A DNA stretch of 59,128 bases, the filler included. It is 4 parts of 4 records of this genome, joined end to end, with 100 filler letters (N's around TTAATTAATTAA, not from the genome) between each part and the next. Parts side by side here need not be neighbours in the genome. Positions count along the whole stretch, not along the records: positions 1 to 7,747 come from SRR22947727_1206; positions 7,848 to 25,989 come from SRR22947727_1210; 2 more parts are not named here. One strand, written 5' to 3'. The first letter of the stretch is position 1. Each line of letters starts with the position of its first letter. The position numbers and the translations under genes were made by a program. The notes under the pieces were generated by a model that was not told the origin of the DNA, made no database searches, and saw only the letters and a program-made list of their open reading frames with translations. Positions 1-8,776 of the stretch are shown here, piece after piece.

Positions 1-27
1 GGGGTTCGATTCCCCCAGGGACCGCCA
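1..27 (+). tRNA. tRNA 3' end only (T-arm, acceptor 3' strand, encoded CCA); isotype not determinable, discriminator G
   Basis: GGGG-TTCGATT-CCCC T-arm followed by AGGGACC-G-CCA; the 5' part lies outside the contig. Confidence 0.85.
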
Positions 28-32
28 CTTAT

Positions 33-287
33 ATGTTGTTTTACGTATATATGCTAAAAACAGCGTCAACTAAGTTTATTAAAACTTATGTTGGCTATAC
101 AAATGATATTGCCAAAAGATTAGCAAAGCATAACAGTAACAAAGGAGCTAAATCTACAAAAGGTCATAAATGGATACTAATTTTCAAAAAAACATTTAAA
201 AATAAAAGTGAAGCAATGTCCTTTGAATATAAGTTAAAAAAAAACAGGAAAGAACGCAAAATAATATTAGAAAAATCTTATAAATGA
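33..287 (+). CDS. GIY-YIG nuclease family protein (UPF0213/YhbQ-like)
   Basis: FYVYML...TYVGYTNDIAKRLAKHN..KGAKST...EAMSFEYKLKK is the standalone GIY-YIG pattern. Confidence 0.85.
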   Translation: MLFYVYMLKTASTKFIKTYVGYTNDIAKRLAKHNSNKGAKSTKGHKWILIFKKTFKNKSEAMSFEYKLKKNRKERKIILEKSYK

Positions 288-2395
288 AAATTTCAATACT
301 TTTACCTTATAAAGAAAATTATTCACCAGAATATCCTGGTGCTGTATCATTATTTGTTAATTCAATAACAAAATTGAGTAAATTTAAATCCAATATAACT
401 ATATTTGGTTCTACAGATTATAAAAATTATTTAAGCAAAAACTACATAGATATAAGTTTAAAAAAAAATATTTTTTCAAGTCAAACTAAACAATATATTG
501 AAAATTTTATTAAAACACAAAATAGTGATGTTGATTTAATTGAGGTTCACAATAGACCAAATTATATTTCACAAATCAATTTTTTGAAAAAAAAACTAGT
601 TCTATATTTTCATAATGACCCAAACACAATGCTTGGATCAAAGACAGTGAATGAAAAAATTGAATTAATTAATTCATGTAATAAAATAATATTTAATAGT
701 CATTGGTCTAAAAATCAATTTATAAAGCAAATACCTTTAACGTACAAAAAATCAGAAAAACTCATAGTTATCTACCAATCAATTAATAAAAAGAAAATTA
801 CTTTTAAAAAAAAAGAAAATTTAATTTCTTTTGTTGGTAAATTAAACTCAGCAAAAGGTTATGACATTTTTGGTAAAGCTATTGTAAAAATTTTAGACAA
901 ATATCCTTCATGGAAAGCACATGTTATAGGAGACGAGCCTAGAGAAAAATTTAATTTTAAGCATAAAAATTTAAATATACTAGGTTTCAAAAATCATAAT
1001 GAAGTTTTGAAAAATTATGAAAAAACAAATATAGCTGTTGTTTGTTCTAGATGGAACGAGCCATTTGGAAGAACCAGCTTAGAGGCTTCAAGTAGGGGTT
1101 GTGCTGTAATAATTTCTGACCGTGGTGGTTTGCCAGAAACAATAAGCAATGGCATTATTTTAACTAAATTAGATTCAAGGATATTATTTAAAGAAATCGA
1201 ACGCTTAATTATAGATAAACAACAATTATTAAAAATACAAAAAAAAACTTTAAGTAAATTTTATCTAACTGATAATTACATATCTAATAAAATTGATAAT
1301 TATAGATCAACTTTATTGAAGAATTCACTACACATTAATTTATTAAAAAATAATAAAAAATTAAAAATACTCCATATAACTAATTTCAATGAAAGACATA
1401 ATGGAAGATTATTTTATAATAGTGGTCGAAGAATAAATAACGGATTTATAAGACTAAATCATAGTGTATTAGAGTTAAGTGATAGAGATATTGTCAGTTA
1501 TTCTAGAAAACTTACCGATCTTAAGGGTGCTCAAAAATTGAATACAAAATTTATAGAAACTGTCAGTAATTATATGCCTGATTTAATCGTATTTGGTCAT
1601 GCTGATTTAATAGATAATGAAACTATAGAATTCATCAAAAAAAATCATCCAAATATTAAAATGTGTCAGTGGTTTCTTGATAGAATGGATGATGAATGGA
1701 AGTCAAATAAAGTTAGATTTACAAAAAAAATGCATTTAATGGACGCCAACTTTTGCACTACCGATCCTAAATCTCTAAATTTTGATAAAAAGAAACCTGC
1801 ATACTATATGCCTAATTGTGTTGATCCATCATTGGAGAAATTAAAAACATACAATAATAAATTTTATAAAAGTGATGTTTTTTTTGCTATGAGTCATGGA
1901 GTTCATAGAGGAATATTAAAAAAAGGTAAAGTTGATACAAGAGAACATTTTATAAACGATTTGATAAAAATAACTCCGAATATTAAATTTGACTATTATG
2001 GACTTAACAATATTCAACCTATTTGGTCAGATGATTATTTAATTTCAATATCACAAAATAAAATTGGTCTTAATTTAAGTCAAGGTAAACCATCTAATTT
2101 CTATAGTAGCGATCGTTTTTCACAATTAATAGGTAATGGTTTACTAGTTATGATTGATGTTAAAACTAAAATAGGAAACTTTTTTACAAAAAATGAAATC
2201 ATCACTTACAATAATAAAATTGACTTGTCAGAAAAAATTTTAAAATACACTAGAGATGATAAAATTAGAAAAGTTATTTCAAAAAAAGGCAGAGACAAGT
2301 ATTTTAAACATTTTAATTCTACAATTATAGCTGAATTTATCATTAACAAAACATATGAAATTAAAAAAAAATATTATTGGGAAAATTTTTTATAA
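284..2395 (+). CDS. Two-domain glycosyltransferase (GT4-like N-terminal plus CgeB/Glyco_trans_1_2-like C-terminal domain)
   Basis: EPFGRTSLEA (E-x7-E) GT4 motif, IEVHNRP; the second GT-B domain carries YSSDRFSQLIGNG. Confidence 0.85.
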   Translation: MKISILLPYKENYSPEYPGAVSLFVNSITKLSKFKSNITIFGSTDYKNYLSKNYIDISLKKNIFSSQTKQYIENFIKTQNSDVDLIEVHNRPNYISQINFLKKKLVLYFHNDPNTMLGSKTVNEKIELINSCNKIIFNSHWSKNQFIKQIPLTYKKSEKLIVIYQSINKKKITFKKKENLISFVGKLNSAKGYDIFGKAIVKILDKYPSWKAHVIGDEPREKFNFKHKNLNILGFKNHNEVLKNYEKTNIAVVCSRWNEPFGRTSLEASSRGCAVIISDRGGLPETISNGIILTKLDSRILFKEIERLIIDKQQLLKIQKKTLSKFYLTDNYISNKIDNYRSTLLKNSLHINLLKNNKKLKILHITNFNERHNGRLFYNSGRRINNGFIRLNHSVLELSDRDIVSYSRKLTDLKGAQKLNTKFIETVSNYMPDLIVFGHADLIDNETIEFIKKNHPNIKMCQWFLDRMDDEWKSNKVRFTKKMHLMDANFCTTDPKSLNFDKKKPAYYMPNCVDPSLEKLKTYNNKFYKSDVFFAMSHGVHRGILKKGKVDTREHFINDLIKITPNIKFDYYGLNNIQPIWSDDYLISISQNKIGLNLSQGKPSNFYSSDRFSQLIGNGLLVMIDVKTKIGNFFTKNEIITYNNKIDLSEKILKYTRDDKIRKVISKKGRDKYFKHFNSTIIAEFIINKTYEIKKKYYWENFL

Positions 2396-2417
2396 TAAAT
2401 TTTAATTTATATTAATA

Positions 2418-3128
2418 ATGAAAGTACCTATTTTAGTTTATCATTCAATTAGTAGCGATAAATCTGATTTATCTTTGAAAATTAATGAATTTGAAAAACA
2501 AATTATTTTTTTGAAAAAAAGAGGTTTCGAGACAACAAGTTTTGATAAAATTGATAAAAATAAAAAAAAACAAATAATAATTACATTTGATGACGGTTAT
2601 AAAGATATATGTAAGCACGCCTTACCGATATTAAAAAAATATGATTTCAAAGCTACTTGTTTCTTAGTTTCAAATTTAATTGGCAAAAAAAATACATGGG
2701 ATGCTTTAAAAAATAATTTTATTTCTAAAGATTTAATGACGATAGAAGACATTAATGAATGGTTAGACAATGGAATGCTTATCGGATCACATTCACATAA
2801 CCACAATGATTTAACCAAATTAAATAAATCAGATTTAGAAAATGATATCGATTTTTCAAAAAAAAAATTAGAGGATAAATTTGGAATAGAAATAGAAAAT
2901 TTTTGCTATCCTTTTGGAAAAGTGAACAAGTTAGTATATGACGTTGTTAAAAATAAATTTAAAAGAGCTGTAACAATTAATAGATCACGTTATGACCTTG
3001 ACAAACATAATCAATTTTTAATACCAAGAATAGATATGGGTAAAAATATTTCTTCATTAAAAATTTATTTAAAATTAGAAACCTTTTATGAAGACATGAA
3101 ATATAAAAACAATGCATTATATTTGTAA
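2418..3128 (+). CDS. Polysaccharide deacetylase (CE4/NodB family)
   Basis: ILVYH, ITFDDGY, GSHSHNH, FCYPFG and IPRI motifs. Confidence 0.9.
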   Translation: MKVPILVYHSISSDKSDLSLKINEFEKQIIFLKKRGFETTSFDKIDKNKKKQIIITFDDGYKDICKHALPILKKYDFKATCFLVSNLIGKKNTWDALKNNFISKDLMTIEDINEWLDNGMLIGSHSHNHNDLTKLNKSDLENDIDFSKKKLEDKFGIEIENFCYPFGKVNKLVYDVVKNKFKRAVTINRSRYDLDKHNQFLIPRIDMGKNISSLKIYLKLETFYEDMKYKNNALYL

Positions 3129-3747
3129 TTGTAAAAAAGATAATTTTTTTGATAAGTCTTATACTTATTGGGAAAACAGAGAAGTTACTTCTGATGAATT
3201 AGAAATAATAAATTTTTTAGATAATAATAAAGATATTATAGACAGATCTATTCTTCACTTAGGTATAGGAAACTCTTATTTTGCAAAAAAATTCTCAAAC
3301 AAAAATAAAATTACTGGCATTACAGTATCTCAAAAAGAAATTGAAAAAGCAAAATCCTTGAATTTACTAAACTACGAATTATTTTTATTTGATAAATATT
3401 CTATTGATTTTAATAACTTTTTAAAAAAAAATAAATTTGATCTTATAATAGATACAAATTTGAAATCTTATAGTTGTTGTAAATTGTCTTTTGAATTTAT
3501 GATGCAAAGTATTTTTAAATCAATTAACAACAATGGAATGTTGATTACATCGATTAATGGAATGAAATGGTTTAAAAATTTAAAGCCTAAATTGTCTTTT
3601 TCATTTAAAAAATTATTTTTTTTTAAGTTAAAAGAAATTAATGGTAATAAAGATAATGTATTATCACCAAGCGAATTAGAATTTCTTTCACAAAAATATA
3701 ATTTTAAAATGTCTTTTGATGAAAAATTGTGTTATTTAAAAAAATGA
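3112..3747 (+). CDS. Putative class I SAM-dependent methyltransferase
   Basis: ILHLGIGNS motif I-like, ITGIT, FDLII; overlaps both neighbours. Confidence 0.6.
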   Translation: MHYICNCKKDNFFDKSYTYWENREVTSDELEIINFLDNNKDIIDRSILHLGIGNSYFAKKFSNKNKITGITVSQKEIEKAKSLNLLNYELFLFDKYSIDFNNFLKKNKFDLIIDTNLKSYSCCKLSFEFMMQSIFKSINNNGMLITSINGMKWFKNLKPKLSFSFKKLFFFKLKEINGNKDNVLSPSELEFLSQKYNFKMSFDEKLCYLKK

Positions 3748-4769
3748 AAAAAATTGCTCTTATTCTTGGTATAACTGGTCAGGATGGATCTTATTTAGCA
3801 GAATTTTTAATTAAAAAAAAATATCAAGTTCATGGTATCAAAAGAAGAACCTCTACACCTAATACAAGTAGAATTGATCATATATTTGATAGTGTTAATT
3901 TTAATAATAAAAACCTAACAATGCATCATGGAGATTTATCTGATGTAGGCTCGTTAAATAGAATAATAAATGAAATAAATCCTGATGAAATATATAATCT
4001 TGCGGCTCAAAGTCATGTTAAAATTTCATTTCAAATTCCAGAACATACTTCAGATGTAAATGCCTTAGGTCCTTTAAGATTGCTTGAAATTATTAGACAT
4101 TATAAAAAGAAAAAAATTAAATTTTACCAAGCATCAAGTTCTGAAATGTTTGGAAAATCAAAACCTCCGCAAAATGAAAACACTTTATTTAAACCAAGAT
4201 CTGTTTATGCAATATCTAAAGTTTTTGCTTATCACTCTGTTATCCACTATCGAGAAGCTTATAATTTACATGCTTGTAATGGTATATTATTCAATCATGA
4301 GTCGCCTCGTAGAGGTGTTAATTTTGTTACAAAAAAAATTGTCCAGGGATTAACAAGAATTAAACAAGGTAAACAAAAAAATCTTATTCTCGGAAATCTA
4401 TATTCTAAAAGAGATTGGGGGCATGCTAAAGATTATGTCGAGTCAATGTGGAAAATCTTACAACAAAAAAAACCAGATGATTTCGTTGTTGCAACAAAAA
4501 CTTCACATTCTGTAAAAGATTTTATTAATATATGTGCAAAAAAATTAGATATTAAATTATTGTGGAAAAACAAAGGTCTTAATGAAATCGGTATAAATAA
4601 AGAAAATAATAAAATTATTATTAAAATAGATAAAAAATATTTTAGAGAAACTGAAGTTGATGATTTAATAGGTGATTTTGCTAAAGCAAAAAAATTATTA
4701 AAATGGAAACCAAAATATTCTTTTAATAAATTAGTTGATGATATGATTGAAAAAGAACAGCATGAATAA
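3744..4769 (+). CDS. gmd: GDP-mannose 4,6-dehydratase
   Basis: GITGQDGSYLAE, YNLAAQSHV, FYQASSSEMFG, GILFNHESPRRG, RDWGHAKDYV; the ATG at 3744 overlaps the upstream stop (ATGA). Confidence 0.97.
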   Translation: MKKIALILGITGQDGSYLAEFLIKKKYQVHGIKRRTSTPNTSRIDHIFDSVNFNNKNLTMHHGDLSDVGSLNRIINEINPDEIYNLAAQSHVKISFQIPEHTSDVNALGPLRLLEIIRHYKKKKIKFYQASSSEMFGKSKPPQNENTLFKPRSVYAISKVFAYHSVIHYREAYNLHACNGILFNHESPRRGVNFVTKKIVQGLTRIKQGKQKNLILGNLYSKRDWGHAKDYVESMWKILQQKKPDDFVVATKTSHSVKDFINICAKKLDIKLLWKNKGLNEIGINKENNKIIIKIDKKYFRETEVDDLIGDFAKAKKLLKWKPKYSFNKLVDDMIEKEQHE

Positions 4770-5955
4770 AATTAATTATTCTCTTACAGAAAGTGTTCTT
4801 GAAAATTCTGACATCAATTCTGCAATTAAAGTCTTAAAATCAAAAAAAATTACCATGGGTCCTAAAACAAAGCAAATAGAAGCTTTTTTTAAAGATAAAA
4901 TTTTAAAAACAAATTCTTTAATGGTTAATTCAGGATCCTCAGCTAATTTATTAATTTTTCAATGCTTAATCAATCCAATGGTGAAAAAACTTAAACCAGG
5001 TGATGAAGTTTTAATACCTGCAATTTGTTGGTCAACTTCACTTTGGCCTATAATACAAAGTGGCCTCAATGTTAAATTTGTAGATATAGACCTCTCTACA
5101 TTAAATATTGATCTAAATGACTTAGAAAAAAAAATTAACAAAAAAACAAAAGCTTTAATGCTTGTTCATGCGTTAGGAAACTGCACGGATATGTCCAAAT
5201 TAGTAAATATTTGTAAAAAGAATAAAATAATTTTGATAGAAGATACCTGTGAAGCTTTGGGGTCTACTTATAAAAAAAAACCTCTAGGTACATTTGGTGA
5301 TTTTTCTTCTTTTTCATTTTATTATTCTCATCACATTACTTCTGGTGAAGGAGGAATGGTTAGCACTAAAAATAAGAAATATTTAGAAATACTAAAATCT
5401 CTTAGATCTCATGGTTGGTCTCGTGACTTAATTAATAATAAGAGTTTATCTAAAAAATATAAACATATTGATAAAGATTGGATTTTTATAAACTCAGGTT
5501 TTAACGTCAGAACAACAGATATAAATGCAGCTATCGGTCTTGAACAATTAAAAAGAATTAAAAAAATTTTATCCATTAGAAAATATAATTTTTTAAAAAT
5601 TAAAAATTCTTTATTAGGAAATAAAAAATATAACAATCAATTCACAATTTTAAAAGATCAAAAAGATTCAAATGCTGCTTGGTTTGGTATACCAATAATT
5701 TTAAATTCAAATGATAAAAAATATAAACAATACGTAATGAAAAATTTGCAAAATAAAGGAATAATGTCTCGACCAATAATTAGTGGTAACTTTGCTAAAC
5801 AGCCCTCCATTAAGCTTTATAAGATCAAGATTGATTATAATTTACCTAATGCTGATCTTATAGATAAAAAAGCATTTTTTTTAGGTTTGCACAACATAAA
5901 GATAACAAATTCTAAATTAAAATTTTTAACGGATAGTATTTATTCATCTTTATAA
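4762..5955 (+). CDS. colD: DegT/DnrJ-family PLP enzyme, ColD-like GDP-4-keto-6-deoxymannose 3-dehydratase
   Basis: MVNSGSSANLL, EDTCEALG, SFYYSHHITSGEGG with His at the usual Schiff-base Lys position; directly after gmd. Confidence 0.75.
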   Translation: MNKINYSLTESVLENSDINSAIKVLKSKKITMGPKTKQIEAFFKDKILKTNSLMVNSGSSANLLIFQCLINPMVKKLKPGDEVLIPAICWSTSLWPIIQSGLNVKFVDIDLSTLNIDLNDLEKKINKKTKALMLVHALGNCTDMSKLVNICKKNKIILIEDTCEALGSTYKKKPLGTFGDFSSFSFYYSHHITSGEGGMVSTKNKKYLEILKSLRSHGWSRDLINNKSLSKKYKHIDKDWIFINSGFNVRTTDINAAIGLEQLKRIKKILSIRKYNFLKIKNSLLGNKKYNNQFTILKDQKDSNAAWFGIPIILNSNDKKYKQYVMKNLQNKGIMSRPIISGNFAKQPSIKLYKIKIDYNLPNADLIDKKAFFLGLHNIKITNSKLKFLTDSIYSSL

Positions 5956-5958
5956 TTA

Positions 5959-6747
5959 ATGAAAATTATTGCCATTAGCGGTTACAAAAGTTTTATCGGT
6001 AATCATTTTTACAATAATTATAAAAAAAAAAATAAAATTATTCATTACAAAAATAATATCAATAATATATCTGAACTAAAAAAATTTATTATTAAAAATA
6101 AAGTTACTCATTTTGTAAATTTTGCTGGTTTATCTAGAATTAAATGTTCAAAAAATAAAACTGAATGCATTAAAACAAATTTTAATTCTATCAAATCAAT
6201 TATAAATTTTTTCAATAAATTTAAATATAAACCAATGTTCATTTTTATCTCTACATGTCATATCTACGGAAACAGGAATAATAAAATAAAAGAGAACTTC
6301 AGAATTGCTCCTAATTCCTTATACGCAAAAATAAAACTAAAATCAGAGGAATATATTCAAAAAAATTATGAAAATTACTCAATTCTAAGATTATTTAATG
6401 TTTATGGGCCTAATCAACCTAGGAGTTTTTTTATCCCAGATATGATTGAAAAGATTAAAAATAATCAATTAATTAAAATTGATAAATCTATTAGAGATTT
6501 TATACATGTAAGAACTGTATCCAGAGTTATTAATTTTATTATTAGTAAAGAAATTACGGGTGTTTTAAATGTTGGATCCGGTAGGGGGCAATCTTTAAAA
6601 TCTATAATTAATCTTATTGGTAATAAACTAGAAAAGAAACCTTTATTAGAAATATCTAATAAGAAGTCTAAAATAGTTGCAAATATAAAATTTTTAACCT
6701 CAAAAGGTTTTAAGTTTAAAAAAAATGAAAAAAATTTTAATATTTAA
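5959..6747 (+). CDS. NAD(P)-dependent epimerase/reductase (extended SDR) with degenerate Rossmann motif
   Basis: ISGYKSFIG, FISTCHIYG, YAKIK (YxxxK), RLFNVYGP, RDFIHV, NVGSG. Confidence 0.8.
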   Translation: MKIIAISGYKSFIGNHFYNNYKKKNKIIHYKNNINNISELKKFIIKNKVTHFVNFAGLSRIKCSKNKTECIKTNFNSIKSIINFFNKFKYKPMFIFISTCHIYGNRNNKIKENFRIAPNSLYAKIKLKSEEYIQKNYENYSILRLFNVYGPNQPRSFFIPDMIEKIKNNQLIKIDKSIRDFIHVRTVSRVINFIISKEITGVLNVGSGRGQSLKSIINLIGNKLEKKPLLEISNKKSKIVANIKFLTSKGFKFKKNEKNFNI

Positions 6748-7696
6748 AACTGATAGATTGGGAGATCTTTTAAATATTTCTCCAATTATAAATAATTTAA
6801 AGCTTAATTTTCCTTCTAGCACTATAACTTTAGTTTGTTCTGAATATAACAAATCTATTGCTGAATATTACCAAAATGATTTGGAATTAATCATATTCAA
6901 AAAACCAATATTTTTTTTTTTATTAAAGAATATAAAATTTCTTTTTTTTAAAGAATTTGATTTTATTTTTCAATTAGATGGAAAAAATCATTCATACTTC
7001 TCTTCAATTTTAATTAGGGCTAAAAAAAAGGTTTGTGTTAAATTTATAAAATCTAAGAAGATTTTAAATAAAATAATACTTATTAAACGACCAAATTTTT
7101 TTATTAACTTTTTTTTTGACGAGTCAGAAATTTCTTATGAGAATTATGATATTATTGATAATATCAATTATCATTATTTAACCTTATATTTTAACCTACT
7201 TAAAAAACTTAATATTAAAATTTTTTCAAAAAATCATTATCTACCTTTTTATGAGGCAAAAAAAATTTCAAACTTTAAAAATGGCTATACATTAATACAT
7301 ATAGATCAACGATGGGAACAGTTCCCACAATCAGTTTCTATTAATTTAAAAGAAAAACTGCTTAAATTATCTGTGTCTACTAACTTAGTTGTTTCTTCAA
7401 ATATTGGTGGTAATAAAGTTTTTGAATTTTTAAATAAAGAGCTCTTTAATAAACCCAATATTGAATTCATTAAAGATCCAAGTTTAGATGATACTATTTC
7501 ATTAATTTATTATAGTAATTGTTGCATAAGTAGTCATAGCGGTCTTATAGTTCATACAGCAGCATCATTTAATAAAAAAATTATCGATATTGTTTCTATA
7601 GATATTTTTAATGAACTTGATAGATGGATACCTTACAATGTTGATTACAAGAGGCTTGATATTCACAACTTTATTGAAATTAATTTTGATGTTTAA
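6725..7696 (+). CDS. Glycosyltransferase family 9 (heptosyltransferase-like)
   Basis: N-terminal KILIFKTDRLGDLL and C-terminal SGLIVHTAASF. Confidence 0.7.
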   Translation: MKKILIFKTDRLGDLLNISPIINNLKLNFPSSTITLVCSEYNKSIAEYYQNDLELIIFKKPIFFFLLKNIKFLFFKEFDFIFQLDGKNHSYFSSILIRAKKKVCVKFIKSKKILNKIILIKRPNFFINFFFDESEISYENYDIIDNINYHYLTLYFNLLKKLNIKIFSKNHYLPFYEAKKISNFKNGYTLIHIDQRWEQFPQSVSINLKEKLLKLSVSTNLVVSSNIGGNKVFEFLNKELFNKPNIEFIKDPSLDDTISLIYYSNCCISSHSGLIVHTAASFNKKIIDIVSIDIFNELDRWIPYNVDYKRLDIHNFIEINFDV

Positions 7697-7747
7697 ATTT
7701 TTATTTTATTTAAAGCGTTATTTTTAAATAAATTTGCTTCTTTAATA

Positions 7748-7847
7748 NNNNNNNNNNNNNNNNNNNNNNNNNNNNNNNNNNNNNNNNNNNNTTAATTAAT
7801 TAANNNNNNNNNNNNNNNNNNNNNNNNNNNNNNNNNNNNNNNNNNNN
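7748..7847. other. Artificial contig spacer
   Basis: N44-TTAATTAATTAA-N44; base composition changes abruptly across it. Confidence 0.98.
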
Positions 7848-7848
7848 A

Positions 7849-7920
7849 GAAGCGCGCGTCAGATTTTTTCACGAGGTATTGAACGATTATATCGAGGGGC
7901 GTAAGGGCGTCTCGACGTGA
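7849..7920 (+). CDS. 3' end of a probable Rieske oxygenase alpha subunit (partial, not in the ORF track)
   Basis: Translates EARVRFFHEVLNDYIEGRKGVST*, resembling ERRVQAFHETLNDLMSL* at the end of the 8777 Rieske protein. Confidence 0.65.
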   Translation, partial: EARVRFFHEVLNDYIEGRKGVST

Positions 7921-8001
7921 TTCGTCAGGCCGTGCGAGAGGCCAGGGGCTTCGCGAAGGGTTGAATACCTTTTGCGATTCGTCAAACGGAAGGAAAAAAG
8001 C

Positions 8002-8568
8002 ATGAGCATTAAGCAGTGGTTGGTTTGGGGTATTCTTACCTTTTTTTCCAGTGGGGGCGTTATTGTGCAAGCAGGTGAAGACAGCACGGCTGAGATGGTG
8101 GCCAAGCAAGAAATTGAGTATCTGCAGCGCTGGTACGCGCGTGCCACAGACTTAATCGGCTCCAACGTGCCGGATCAAATAGAGGAGGGTAGGGGTATTT
8201 ACCACCGTATCTTTACCCCCGATGTCAGCATCCAAGCCAGCGCTGCGGGTGGCGTGTATTACGAAGTGACAGGTCGCGATGAGTGGGTCAAGGTTGTGAC
8301 AACGGCACTGTCGGTATTTGATACCACCCAGCACCTGCTTGGCACGCAAATTGTGGAGCTGGCGAGCCTGCCCAATGCTGAGAGTGAGGGTGGCGAAGCG
8401 ATCATGTCGAGTTACCTGCAGGCTTGGCATTCTGATCCAGATCGCGTGATCGATATTTATATTGGTACGTATACCAGCAAGGTGCGCTACACCGCCGGTG
8501 TTGGCTGGCAGATTTACGAAATGCGGTTACAGAAAGTAGCGGGTGAGGTGATCGATAAGAGTGTGTGA
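8002..8568 (+). CDS. Secreted SnoaL/NTF2-like family protein
   Basis: Signal-peptide-like N-terminus; EIEYLQRWYARATD, TQHLLG, SYLQAWH, GTY, GWQI pattern; AAGGAA upstream. Confidence 0.75.
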   Translation: MSIKQWLVWGILTFFSSGGVIVQAGEDSTAEMVAKQEIEYLQRWYARATDLIGSNVPDQIEEGRGIYHRIFTPDVSIQASAAGGVYYEVTGRDEWVKVVTTALSVFDTTQHLLGTQIVELASLPNAESEGGEAIMSSYLQAWHSDPDRVIDIYIGTYTSKVRYTAGVGWQIYEMRLQKVAGEVIDKSV

Positions 8569-8582
8569 CGCAAGTTGATGGC

Positions 8583-8605
8583 GACGGGGGGTCTACCCCT
8601 CCGTC
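8583..8605 (+). terminator. GC-rich hairpin after the SnoaL gene, possible terminator (no clear U tract)
   Basis: GACGGGGGG-TCTA-CCCCTCCGTC. Confidence 0.35.
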
Positions 8606-8707
8606 TACATCATGTTGCTCGACTGAGAGAGCGCCAGGGACGTTGCGATAGCGGATGGTGGCTCAAGCGCGAGTGGCAAAGAACAGACTGCCGCTATCGC
8701 AGCGGTC

Positions 8708-8741
8708 CTTGCGCATTGAAAGGTCTTGCGCATTGAAAGGT
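8708..8741. repeat. Perfect 17-bp tandem direct repeat upstream of the Rieske gene
   Basis: CTTGCGCATTGAAAGGT x2. Confidence 0.9.
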
Positions 8742-8776
8742 AAAGTAATATCACAGTACGACATGTAGGAGAGGGT

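Noticed and set aside
33..287. GIY-YIG gene as a homing endonuclease or mobile element at the tRNA
   Set aside because: Short standalone UPF0213-type protein with no DNA-binding extension, intron or integrase
284..7696. Poly-A/T tracts as phase-variation switches
   Set aside because: They are expected at this AT content and all reading frames are intact
7792..7803. TTAATTAATTAA palindrome (also at 26034 and 49875) as a biological repeat or att site
   Set aside because: It is centred in identical N runs and has stops in all frames, so it is an assembly linker
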